Shown piece by piece: positions 21,148 to 28,840 of a stretch of DNA of 32,000 nt (the stretch's first letter is position 1; every line of letters begins with the position of its first letter). Position numbers and translations under genes: made by a program. Below the pieces are notes generated by a model that saw only the letters and a program-made list of their open reading frames with translations, ran no database searches and was not told where the DNA came from. The DNA comes from Candidatus Saccharimonas sp. (lineage in GTDB: Bacteria; Patescibacteriota; Saccharimonadia; Saccharimonadales; Saccharimonadaceae), in NCBI GenBank assembly GCA_015256915.3, contig CP076101.2, positions 480,001 to 512,000 of the forward strand. Reading direction: 5' to 3'.

Positions 21148-21176
21148 TTGACTTTACAAAAAGAGTCTGCTAAAAT
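21148..21176 (+). promoter_or_regulatory. promoter of tRNA-Val
   Basis: TTGACT (21148-21153), 17 nt spacer ending in TGC, TAAAAT (21171-21176). The mature tRNA 5' end is 12 nt downstream. Confidence 0.7.
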
Positions 21177-21187
21177 GGTAATTGTTC

Positions 21188-21264
21188 GGGTGATTAGCTC
21201 AGTTGGCTAGAGCATCTCGTTTACACCGAGAGGGTCTGGGGTTCGAGTCCCTAATCACCCACCA
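21188..21264 (+). tRNA. tRNA-Val (anticodon TAC), CCA encoded
   Basis: Cloverleaf folded by hand: acceptor GGGTGAT/ATCACCC, D-arm GCTC AGTTGGCTA GAGC, anticodon arm TCTCG TTTACAC CGAGA, T-arm TGGGG TTCGAGT CCCTA, discriminator A, CCA. Confidence 0.9.
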
Positions 21265-21280
21265 ATTGAAATTATATCAA

Positions 21281-21312
21281 AAAGCTTCAATTCTGGAGCT
21301 TTTTTCTTTTTT
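21281..21312 (+). terminator. terminator after tRNA-Val
   Basis: AGCTTCA ATTC TGGAGCT (7 bp, one G-U pair) followed by TTTTTTCTTTTTTT. Confidence 0.6.
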
Positions 21313-21328
21313 TCGAAAGCTTTACTCA

Positions 21329-21357
21329 TTGACTTTTTAAGCTTTTTATGTTATTAT
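21329..21357 (+). promoter_or_regulatory. promoter of the 151 aa membrane protein gene
   Basis: TTGACT (21329-21334), 17 nt spacer ending in TGT, TATTAT (21352-21357). GTGAGGGG Shine-Dalgarno before the ATG at 21419. Confidence 0.6.
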
Positions 21358-21418
21358 ATAAGTATTCTAGTACCTTTCACATACTGGAAAATTCAGAAGA
21401 AAGTGAGGGGTTGAAAAA

Positions 21419-21874
21419 ATGATCAACCTTCTTGTAAATTTTATTTTATTTGTTTTGCGTATGTTTAACGCTGCTACTTTTGGCCTTATCGACAATCTAG
21501 CAACAGTTTACTCAATCTTAGTTTTTTCAACTTTTTTTGTTATTTTAAAACTTGATTCAGCAATACAGATTTGTGATTTTTGGCGAAAATCAGGGAAATT
21601 TATCAAAGTATTATTGCTTCTCGGAGTTCTCCTTAACTCATTACCTCAATGGTATTTATGGCTTATCGGAATGATTCTAATTATTCTAGCCTATTTTATT
21701 AAGCCAAAAGAGGGTAAAAAATCTTCCCTATTTTCGAAGATTAAAGCTGTTGTGGTTGAAGAATATCAAGAAAGTGATTTCAAAGAGAAGACTTCAAGCA
21801 CAATTCAAAAAGTAAAAAAAGTTTCGAAAAATAAATCAGGAACAAAACCTATGAAAGAGCTACCTCCAATATAG
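21419..21874 (+). CDS. hypothetical polytopic membrane protein with a basic C-terminal tail
   Basis: 151 aa with about 4 hydrophobic helices followed by a K/E/S-rich tail. It has its own promoter, Shine-Dalgarno and terminator. Confidence 0.6.
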   Translation: MINLLVNFILFVLRMFNAATFGLIDNLATVYSILVFSTFFVILKLDSAIQICDFWRKSGKFIKVLLLLGVLLNSLPQWYLWLIGMILIILAYFIKPKEGKKSSLFSKIKAVVVEEYQESDFKEKTSSTIQKVKKVSKNKSGTKPMKELPPI

Positions 21875-21881
21875 CTCTATA

Positions 21882-21915
21882 ATCGCCTTAAAATAAGGCG
21901 ATTTTTCTTTATTTT
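21882..21915 (+). terminator. terminator after the 151 aa gene
   Basis: ATCGCCTTA AAA TAAGGCGAT (9 bp perfect stem) followed by TTTTTCTTTATTTTTT. Confidence 0.75.
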
Positions 21916-21965
21916 TTCGAAAAAAATAAAGCGCTTGCGTTTATTTAATATATATTATATGCTTA

Positions 21966-21994
21966 TTGACTTTTTTATACTTTTGTGCTATAAT
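21966..21994 (+). promoter_or_regulatory. consensus promoter of the 465 aa surface protein gene
   Basis: TTGACT (21966-21971), 17 nt spacer ending in TGC, TATAAT (21989-21994). This implies a structured 5' UTR of about 140 nt. Confidence 0.65.
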
Positions 21995-22137
21995 TCTAGC
22001 AGTTGACATATCATAATCAGCAGATCTGTCAATGAAGCTTAAAAATCGGGTTATTATGAGGTATGAATCGTGTACCTCAGTGTTCCTTATTATTTTGGCC
22101 AAAATAATAAAATCTAAAGGAAGGAAGGTGGATAATA

Positions 22138-23535
22138 ATGAACACTACTAACAATAAAATCAAAGAGCTGCTGGGAGAAATTAAAAGTCTCATAGGAGAT
22201 AGTCAAAAGTCGATGGAATGGTTTGACAGAGTTCAAGCTAAAGCCTCCTCTTTTAAAACTCATCAAGAAGAACTAGAATATCTTGAAGATATTCTAGATA
22301 AGTTGAAAAAAAATGATGGTGAAGCTGCTAATGAAGCTACAAAATCAAATACGTGGCCAGCAATAGCTCTAGGGGTCGCGCTGTTTATACTTGTAGTTGG
22401 CGGAGCGGCGTTATACTTTTTGTTTTTAGCACCAAAGAGTGCTAACACTCCAAGCAGTAGCACAACTGCTGCTTCTTCTACAATTTCATCTGTGAATCTT
22501 CCGAAGGAAGATTTCCAGATCTTTGACTATAAGGTCGACGGCGATACTGTAGTTTACGACAGTCAAATTGCAAATACGCAACACAAAGTATTTGCAAATG
22601 GCTCAGCTGAGAACACTCTTTCAGCAAACGCTGAGAGCGCGGTTAACGAAATGGTTCAGTACATGAGTCACAATGCAACTGCATTGAAAGAGAAAGCCAT
22701 GACTTTTGGTATTGTCGATGCAAAAGCCGACGTCAAAGACTGGCTAGAAAAGGGTAAAGACGGAAGGGTTCGTTACAATAACAAGGGTAAGGACGTTTTC
22801 TATCAAACGAAAGCGTTCCTTTCTAGAAGTCAAACTTCTTCCAAGAGAATGGAAGAAGGCTCAAACTACTACACTACCGGAGTCAATGACAAAGGTGATG
22901 TAGTAGTGAGTAAAAATTCTCAGAATTTATCAGGACAAGAATATGTTGAAGTCTCAAGTCCAAAAGACTCAACTGAAAAGTATTCTTACCGTGTACTCAT
23001 TTACTGCGGTAATACTGTTCTGAAAAACAAGGTTCCTGGGATTCCGACAGAAAAAATCGAGATTCCTCCTACAAAACCAGGAAAACCTGACAAGCCAAGC
23101 GAAAGCAAGGTTGAGAAAAAAGACCCTAGCAAAGACCCAGCTAATCAGGGCAAAGCCCCTGTTGGCGGAGGTCAAAACGATGGATCAAATGGTTCAGAAA
23201 CTCCAAAAGCGAGTCTTCCTGAGAAATATGTAGCGCCTAAAGCTCCATCTTCACAAAGTTCTTCTTCAAGCTCAGCCACTACTCCAGCACAAGATGCTCG
23301 TATTAGCGAGCCATCTCAATGGTCTGGCGCTGGCAAGATAACAGATTCTAATGGCACTACAACAGTGACCAATGATGGGTCTGTGACCACCCCTGACGGT
23401 CGGAACTATAGCGGATTAACAAATCCAAGCTCAGTTCCACCAGTAGAGTCTGGAGCAAATGGGACTACAGCCCCATCAAGCTCTGCTAATTTTGCAGGCA
23501 ATGGCTCAATGAGCGAGCCTGCAATTGATGACTAA
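22138..23535 (+). CDS. hypothetical type II membrane protein (coiled-coil N-terminus, one TM helix, large Ser/Thr/Pro/Gly-rich ectodomain)
   Basis: 465 aa. Strong Shine-Dalgarno GGAAGGAAGGTGGA. TM segment WPAIALGVALFILVVGGAALYFLFLAP. PT/PK-rich linker and S-rich tail. Visibly higher GC than its neighbours (some 60-nt lines are about 50% GC). Confidence 0.7.
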   Translation: MNTTNNKIKELLGEIKSLIGDSQKSMEWFDRVQAKASSFKTHQEELEYLEDILDKLKKNDGEAANEATKSNTWPAIALGVALFILVVGGAALYFLFLAPKSANTPSSSTTAASSTISSVNLPKEDFQIFDYKVDGDTVVYDSQIANTQHKVFANGSAENTLSANAESAVNEMVQYMSHNATALKEKAMTFGIVDAKADVKDWLEKGKDGRVRYNNKGKDVFYQTKAFLSRSQTSSKRMEEGSNYYTTGVNDKGDVVVSKNSQNLSGQEYVEVSSPKDSTEKYSYRVLIYCGNTVLKNKVPGIPTEKIEIPPTKPGKPDKPSESKVEKKDPSKDPANQGKAPVGGGQNDGSNGSETPKASLPEKYVAPKAPSSQSSSSSSATTPAQDARISEPSQWSGAGKITDSNGTTTVTNDGSVTTPDGRNYSGLTNPSSVPPVESGANGTTAPSSSANFAGNGSMSEPAIDD

Positions 23536-23678
23536 CGACTAGCTTTGATTTTAACGATTGCACTTTGTCTTTCGAGACTCACGCTGGGCGGTTTTCCGCC
23601 GCCTGGCTTTACATTGATACTTCTTAATAACCCGATTTTAAGTTTTAACAATTCGGCTAAAGCGAAGAAAACAAAATA

Positions 23679-23707
23679 TTGACAAACAGAATTATGATGA
23701 TACTAAT
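23679..23707 (+). promoter_or_regulatory. candidate promoter of the LPXTG protein gene
   Basis: TTGACA (23679-23684), 16-17 nt, TACTAAT (23701-23707). Confidence 0.45.
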
Positions 23708-23755
23708 AATAAATTCTAATAAGTGGAGATTAGAAGGGAGAAAATGAGGGACCAA

Positions 23756-25990
23756 ATGAAAAAACTCATTAATTTTATTAAAAACCATTCAATAATCTCT
23801 GGTTCAGTTTTGGTGGCAGCAATAGCTCCAGCCCTAGTTTGGGCTTGGGGTCCATCTCGGCCATCATTCACTATTGAAAAACCAGCAGATTATATTACAT
23901 TTAACTCAATCACAAATAACCCTGTGATTGGCGGAGACGAAAAAGATTTCGTTGGAATCCGTGAAGTTGGCTCAAACGCAAAATGGACAAACAATATGAA
24001 AGTCCAAAATGGCAAAGAATATTACGTTCGAATGTACGTTCACAACAACGCGGCTTCGAACTTAAATCTTGTTGCCGAAAACGTGGTAGCAAAACTTAAC
24101 GTTCCAACAACAACAGCAAAAAATGTGACTGTTCAAGGTCAGATTTCGGCTTCAAATGCAAAGCCTAACACAGTTTGGGATGAAGCAACTTTTTCAAGTG
24201 ATAATGACTTTAACTTGGCTTATGTTGCTGGTTCTGCCCTTTTCGAAAATAACGGAATGGGTACAACTAAACTTCCAGACAGTATCGTAAATAATACTGG
24301 GGCAAAACTTGGATATGATAAACTTGACGGAAAAATCCCTGGATGTTTCCAATATGCAGGCTATGTAACCGTTAAAGTTAAAGCTCAAGTTAGCCAACCG
24401 CAAGAAAAAAATAATATCGACCTTGCGAAAACAGTTCGAAATAAAACAAATGGCGAAAAATCTTGGGTTGAAACTGCAAACGCAAAATCTGGCGACACAG
24501 TTCAATTCCAAATTCACGCTAAAAATACAGGTTCTACAGGAATTCAGAACTTAGTAATTCGCGATATTCTACCAAAAGGTTTGAATTATGTTGCAGGCTC
24601 AACAAAGCTCTACAACACATCAAATCCAAAAGGATTGAAAGTTAGCGACAATGTCATTCAAAATTCTGGAATCAATATCGGTTCATATCAACCAAATGGC
24701 GACGCTTATGTTCGGTTTGACGCAACTGTTTCAGCTGAAAATAGTTTACCAGTTTGTGGAGATAACACTTTAACTAACATCGCTCAAGCAAGTGACCAAA
24801 AAATTGTTAAAAACGACACTGCAAGCGTAAAAGTTACAAAAAAATGTGAAACTCCTAAAAATCCAATTTACAAATGTGAAGCTTTAAGTTTGAACATTGT
24901 TCGAAAAGACGAAAAACAAATTACTTATGCGGCTGACACAAAATATTCAGTAAAAGACACAGAGTTTACTGGCACAAAATATGTAGTAAAAAATTCAAAA
25001 AATGAAGTTGTTGCCGAAAAAGTTGTAAATGGTGGAACTAAATTCGAAATTACCGTTCCAAACAATGTGAACGAAAAATACACAGTTACTTCAACAATCA
25101 TCACTAAAAACGGTGAAAATTCAAATGCTAACTGTGAAAAATCTTTCGAAACTAAAGCTCCAACACCAATTCCATCTAAACCAGAATTAGTATGTCGAAA
25201 TATTACAATTAACCAAATTTCTCGAACAAAATTCGAATTTAACACTTCTTATACTGTAAATAACACAACATTCGTTGGTGTTAAATATATCGTAAAAGAT
25301 CAAAGTGGTAAAGTCGTAATTGAGAAAACTGTAAATAACGGCTCAAAATTGACGCTCAACATTGAAATTGTTGGTAAATTCACAATTTCTTCAACAGTTA
25401 TCACAAAAGATGGCGAAAACTCAAATTCAAATTGTGAAAAATCTTTCGAAGTTAAACGTGAAGAGAAACCTTCAATCCTTATCAAGAAAACTGTAAATAA
25501 TCAGAAAAATACTAAAGTTGAAGCGAATACTGATTTTAACTACGAGATTACAGTTTCGAATAACGGAAATGTTGATTTGAAAGATGTTGTTGTAACCGAC
25601 CGTGCACCAGCAAATATCACTTTTGTAAGTGCAGATAACGGTGAAATCAAAGATAATACTTTAACTCTAAAGATTAGCTCTTTGAAAGTTGGTGAAAGTA
25701 AAACTATTACAATTAAATCACAAGCAACAGCAACAGGAATAACTACCGTAAATACAGCTTGTGTAGATACACCAACAATTCCTGGTGATAATGATGGTTG
25801 TGATAGCGCGAAAGTGGAAGTTCCAAAGAAACAAACTCCACCAACACCTACACCAAACAACCCAACACCAAATATTCCAACAGAATTGCCACAAACTGGT
25901 GCAAATAGTATTTCTGCAATTCTTGGATTAACTTCGATGGTGACCGCCTTTGGTTACTACTTTACTAGCCGAAAAGCTGCAAGATTCTAA
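23756..25990 (+). CDS. LPXTG-anchored cell-wall surface protein with DUF11-like repeat domains (putative adhesin)
   Basis: Signal peptide MKKLINFIKNHSIISGSVLVAAIAPALVWA/WGP. Two DUF11-type modules (..SGDTVQFQIHAKNTGSTGIQNLVIRDILPKGLNYV.. and ..FNYEITVSNNGNVDLKDVVVTDRAPANITFV..). Pro/Thr linker, then the sorting signal LPQTG, a hydrophobic stretch and SRKAARF. The ORF opens at 23723 (GTG). ATGs at 23744 and 23756 are possible, and I prefer 23756 (GAGGGA 4-6 nt upstream). Confidence 0.85.
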   Translation: MKKLINFIKNHSIISGSVLVAAIAPALVWAWGPSRPSFTIEKPADYITFNSITNNPVIGGDEKDFVGIREVGSNAKWTNNMKVQNGKEYYVRMYVHNNAASNLNLVAENVVAKLNVPTTTAKNVTVQGQISASNAKPNTVWDEATFSSDNDFNLAYVAGSALFENNGMGTTKLPDSIVNNTGAKLGYDKLDGKIPGCFQYAGYVTVKVKAQVSQPQEKNNIDLAKTVRNKTNGEKSWVETANAKSGDTVQFQIHAKNTGSTGIQNLVIRDILPKGLNYVAGSTKLYNTSNPKGLKVSDNVIQNSGINIGSYQPNGDAYVRFDATVSAENSLPVCGDNTLTNIAQASDQKIVKNDTASVKVTKKCETPKNPIYKCEALSLNIVRKDEKQITYAADTKYSVKDTEFTGTKYVVKNSKNEVVAEKVVNGGTKFEITVPNNVNEKYTVTSTIITKNGENSNANCEKSFETKAPTPIPSKPELVCRNITINQISRTKFEFNTSYTVNNTTFVGVKYIVKDQSGKVVIEKTVNNGSKLTLNIEIVGKFTISSTVITKDGENSNSNCEKSFEVKREEKPSILIKKTVNNQKNTKVEANTDFNYEITVSNNGNVDLKDVVVTDRAPANITFVSADNGEIKDNTLTLKISSLKVGESKTITIKSQATATGITTVNTACVDTPTIPGDNDGCDSAKVEVPKKQTPPTPTPNNPTPNIPTELPQTGANSISAILGLTSMVTAFGYYFTSRKAARF
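24875..25453 (+). repeat. two tandem, diverged ~90-100 aa Cys-bounded modules inside the LPXTG gene
   Basis: Residues about 385-476 and 491-577 of the 755 aa ORF align: C..N/I..K..Y..DT/NT.F.G.KY.VK...VV.EK.VN.G.K......KFT/YTV.ST.ITK.GENSN.NCEKSFE. An 18 nt identical DNA segment TGTGAAAAATCTTTCGAA occurs at about 25133 and 25433. Confidence 0.75.
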
Positions 25991-26032
25991 GCTGACCGCT
26001 TCTCAATGGAGCGATCAAGCTTCAAATCTAAA

Positions 26033-26066
26033 AAAATAGACTTCCACTTGGAGGTCTATTTTATTT
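26033..26066. terminator. bidirectional terminator between the LPXTG gene and folD
   Basis: AATAGACTTCCA CT TGGAGGTCTATT (12 bp, one G-U pair), flanked by AAAAAA on the left and TTTATTTTTAT on the right. Confidence 0.7.
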
Positions 26067-26918
26067 TTATAAATCTTGCTGGCCTTTTTTATCAGCAATT
26101 TTTCTTGCTGCTATAATTACATTATCAATTAGTGAAGCCACCGTAAGCGGACCAACACCACCCTTCACAGGGGTAATTATTAAGTCTTTTCGAAAATCAC
26201 GAACTTCTTCAGCTACATCGCCTTTAATTTTGCCATTTTCGCTTGCCGTTCCGGCGTCAACAACCACAGCTTTATTTTTTAGCATTTCTGAAGTTATTAA
26301 ATTTGGCTTTCCAACAGCTGTAATTACCACATCAAAATCTTTAAGTTGTTCTTTCATTTCTTTCGAATTAAATTCATCAAATTTCGAAACTGGCACACCA
26401 GAAGCCTCAAGCATTTTTGAAAGTGGTGCACCTACAAGTTTACCTTGACCAACAATAGCAACTTTTTTATTCTCTAACGAAATATTATACCCCGCTAAAA
26501 GCCAATTTATCGCCTGGGCTGTGGCTGGCACAAAAGCACCATCATTCAAACCGTCAACATCTTTTTCTTTAGATATTTCTGATAAAATTTGCTCAGTTTC
26601 TTCTTTCGAAATTTTCTTACCATTTATATCTTCAAGTGGAAGCTGAACAATAATTCCATGAATATTTTCATTAAGATTTGCTTTCTGGATTTCTTTTTTC
26701 ATAAATTCAACAGCAACTTTTCTCCGTTCAACCTCGATTAAAATATCTTCACCATATTTTTCTTTAAGCCGCATATAAGTTTCAGTTACAGGATTTTTCG
26801 AAGAGTAAAAAATTAATAATTTTGGAAAAACCCGCCAACTTTGCCGCAAAGCCCGCACTTGCTTAGCTTGACGCTCTTTAATAAAATCGCGGAGTTCTGC
26901 ACCATCTAAAATTCTCAT
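26067..26918 (-). CDS. folD: bifunctional methylenetetrahydrofolate dehydrogenase / methenyltetrahydrofolate cyclohydrolase
   Basis: 283 aa. YMRLKEK, GIIVQLPL, VVGQGKLVGAPL and PVKGGVGPLTVA motifs. Confidence 0.9.
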   Translation of the reverse strand: MRILDGAELRDFIKERQAKQVRALRQSWRVFPKLLIFYSSKNPVTETYMRLKEKYGEDILIEVERRKVAVEFMKKEIQKANLNENIHGIIVQLPLEDINGKKISKEETEQILSEISKEKDVDGLNDGAFVPATAQAINWLLAGYNISLENKKVAIVGQGKLVGAPLSKMLEASGVPVSKFDEFNSKEMKEQLKDFDVVITAVGKPNLITSEMLKNKAVVVDAGTASENGKIKGDVAEEVRDFRKDLIITPVKGGVGPLTVASLIDNVIIAARKIADKKGQQDL

Positions 26919-26924
26919 TCTTTT

Positions 26925-26953
26925 ATTATACGCAAATATATTGAAAAATTCAA
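26925..26953 (-). promoter_or_regulatory. promoter of folD (leaderless configuration)
   Basis: On the minus strand: TTGAAT (26953-26948), 17 nt, TATAAT (26930-26925), 6 nt (AAAAGA), ATG at 26918. Confidence 0.6.
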
Positions 26954-27015
26954 TTTTTTAATATATAATTTAACATATAATCATTACAGAAGTTAATCAA
27001 AGAAAGGATTTTTGA

Positions 27016-27567
27016 ATGTATAATTATAATAGCTACCACACATATAGGTACAAAAATTACAGCCATAGCGCAGATGATGAAGCTATTGCTGGAATATCTA
27101 TTGCATTCTTTTTAATTTTCGTGCTAGTTGCTGCAGTTATAGGATATGTTATTAGCTCTCTTCTATACATGCTAATTTTTAAAAAGGCTGGAATCGATAC
27201 CAAAAAAGCTTGGATTCCTTTCTATAACAGATGGACGTTTTTCGAACTTGGTGGACAAGAAGGTTGGAAATCTCTTTTAACTTTCGTTCCTTATGTTGGA
27301 CTAATAATCTCATTAGTTTTCGAAGTTCTTGCAGTTATTGAGATTAGCAAAAAACTAGACAAATCACCTGCCTGGTCTGTTCTTTTCATATTTGCAGCCC
27401 CTATCTGGTTCTTAATTCTTGGCCTAGATAGTTCTCGCTGGAATGATATAGCCGGTAAAGAAAGCCTTGCAAAAGGAACTATACTTGGTTATAAAATCGT
27501 AGAAGAAGAGAAAGAAGCAGAAGAAGAAAAAACTCCTGAAGCCAAAGAAGAAAAAACAGAAGAATAA
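27016..27567 (+). CDS. DUF5684-like small membrane protein with an acidic C-terminal tail
   Basis: 183 aa. The segment MLIFKKAGIDTKKAWIPFYNRWTFFELGG matches, from memory, the conserved FKKAG..W.A.IP.YN core of that family. AAAGGA Shine-Dalgarno. Confidence 0.55.
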   Translation: MYNYNSYHTYRYKNYSHSADDEAIAGISIAFFLIFVLVAAVIGYVISSLLYMLIFKKAGIDTKKAWIPFYNRWTFFELGGQEGWKSLLTFVPYVGLIISLVFEVLAVIEISKKLDKSPAWSVLFIFAAPIWFLILGLDSSRWNDIAGKESLAKGTILGYKIVEEEKEAEEEKTPEAKEEKTEE

Positions 27568-27583
27568 TTCTTTTTTAAAAATT

Positions 27584-27620
27584 AAAACGACATTCGATTC
27601 AAGAATGTCGTTTTAATTTT
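27584..27620. terminator. bidirectional terminator between the 183 aa gene and murB
   Basis: AAAACGACATTC GATTCAA GAATGTCGTTTT (12 bp perfect stem) with A and T runs on both sides. Confidence 0.8.
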
Positions 27621-27622
27621 TA

Positions 27623-28669
27623 TTAAATCTCCAGTGGTTCTTGTTCAATTTTTAAACCAAATTTTTCAAAAACTCTATCCTGAATTATTTTTCTTGCTTT
27701 AGCCAGCTCATCATAGTTTTTAGCTGAAATATTTGTTAAAACTAAAGCATTCTCTGGATGAACTTTTATTCCAAAAAATTCTTTTCCCTTCAATTCCACT
27801 TGTTCAATAAGCCAGCCAGTTGCAATTTTGTATTTTTCACCCACTTCAAAGAGTGGTACATTTTGATATTTTTTGCGAATCTCTGCAGCTTTCTCTTTCG
27901 AAATTATTACATTCTTGAAAAAACTTCCAGAATTCGGAATTTCCTCTGGGTCTGGCAATTTTTTTGAACGAATTTCAGCCACCATGTTCATTACATCTTT
28001 CGCTGTTAGATTTTCTTTATTTTTGCCAATATTCTCAAGTTTCTCCTTTAAAACCTTATATTCAGGCATTTCTGGTTTAGATTTTGAAAGCTTCAAATTT
28101 ACCGAAACGATAAAATATTTTCCTTTAGCATCATTCTTAAAAATACTATCACGGTAGGCGAATTCACATTCACTTTTTAATAAAGTTTTGATTTCACCAG
28201 TTGAGATTTCGAAAACTTTAACACTTTTTAAAATATCAGCAATTTCCTGGCCATATGCACCAACATTTTGGATTGGTAGAGCTCCAACCGTTCCGGGAAT
28301 CATCACCATTGCTTCACAACCGCTAAAACCTTCCGAAACTGCAAATTTAACAAAATTATGCCAATTTTCACCAGATTTTATGCGGAATTCAATATTCTCA
28401 TCATTTTCGAAAACCTTTTCAAAACCTTTAATTTCATTTTTTATCACTATTCCTGCAAAGTTTTGATCCTTCACAATCGTGTTGCTTCCGCCGCCAAGAA
28501 TAAAAATCGGCAAATTATTTTTTTCTGAAAACTTAATCGCATTCTTAAAATCTTCGATATTTTTTACTACTGTAAAAAAATGAGCTTTTCCACTAATTTT
28601 CATAGTCGTAAGTTTACCAAAATCAATATTTTGCTGAATTTTTAGATTTTCGAAAATTATTTCCTTCAT
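27623..28669 (-). CDS. murB: UDP-N-acetylenolpyruvoylglucosamine reductase
   Basis: About 348 aa. FAD-binding domain (LGGGSN.IV), MurB C-terminal domain (GSFFKN, ATGWLIEQ). I took the start at the ATG (28669). The ORF track starts at a TTG 9 nt upstream. Confidence 0.85.
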   Translation of the reverse strand: MKEIIFENLKIQQNIDFGKLTTMKISGKAHFFTVVKNIEDFKNAIKFSEKNNLPIFILGGGSNTIVKDQNFAGIVIKNEIKGFEKVFENDENIEFRIKSGENWHNFVKFAVSEGFSGCEAMVMIPGTVGALPIQNVGAYGQEIADILKSVKVFEISTGEIKTLLKSECEFAYRDSIFKNDAKGKYFIVSVNLKLSKSKPEMPEYKVLKEKLENIGKNKENLTAKDVMNMVAEIRSKKLPDPEEIPNSGSFFKNVIISKEKAAEIRKKYQNVPLFEVGEKYKIATGWLIEQVELKGKEFFGIKVHPENALVLTNISAKNYDELAKARKIIQDRVFEKFGLKIEQEPLEI

Positions 28670-28677
28670 ATAAATCA

Positions 28678-28706
28678 ATTATATCATAAAAAATAAAACC
28701 CGCCAA
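28678..28706 (-). promoter_or_regulatory. candidate promoter of murB (leaderless configuration)
   Basis: On the minus strand: TTGGCG (28706-28701), 17 nt spacer ending in TGA, TATAAT (28683-28678), 8 nt (TGATTTAT), ATG at 28669. Confidence 0.5.
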
Positions 28707-28721
28707 AAGCGAGAAGATCTA

Positions 28722-28798
28722 TGGTACACCCGGCAGGATTTGAACCTACAACCGCCTGGTTCGAAGCCAGGTACTCTATCCAGTTGAGCTACGGGTGC
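28722..28798 (-). tRNA. tRNA-Arg (anticodon TCG), CCA encoded
   Basis: The reverse complement folds as GCACCCG TA GCTC AACTGGATA GAGT A CCTGG CTTCGAA CCAGG CGGTT GTAGG TTCAAAT CCTGC CGGGTGT A CCA. Pair 1-72 is G-U. Confidence 0.9.
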
Positions 28799-28840
28799 TT
28801 AATAAATAAATTATACCACACTTTTTTTATTTTGTGAAGA

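Noticed and set aside
23581-23610. The GC-rich hairpin GGCGG TTTT CCGCC as the terminator of the 465 aa gene.
   Set aside because: The stem is only 5 bp and there is no U-tract, so it is not convincing as an intrinsic terminator. I mention it only as a compositional oddity.
23723-23755. The GTG at 23723 as the start of the LPXTG protein (MEIRREKMRDQ...).
   Set aside because: The signal peptide begins naturally at MKKLINF (23756) with a GAGGGA Shine-Dalgarno. The upstream codons overlap the ribosome-binding region. The ATG at 23744 remains possible.
21188-26066. An integrative genomic island inserted at tRNA-Val.
   Set aside because: There is no integrase or recombinase gene. The tRNA 3' end (GGTTCGAGTCCCTAATCACCCACCA) has no direct repeat near 26000. 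I kept only the weaker statement that the locus is accessory-like.
28760-28765. A TTCGAA copy inside tRNA-Arg.
   Set aside because: It is simply the anticodon loop (CTTCGAA, anticodon TCG). It is counted in the total but is not evidence for the iterated-palindrome phenomenon.
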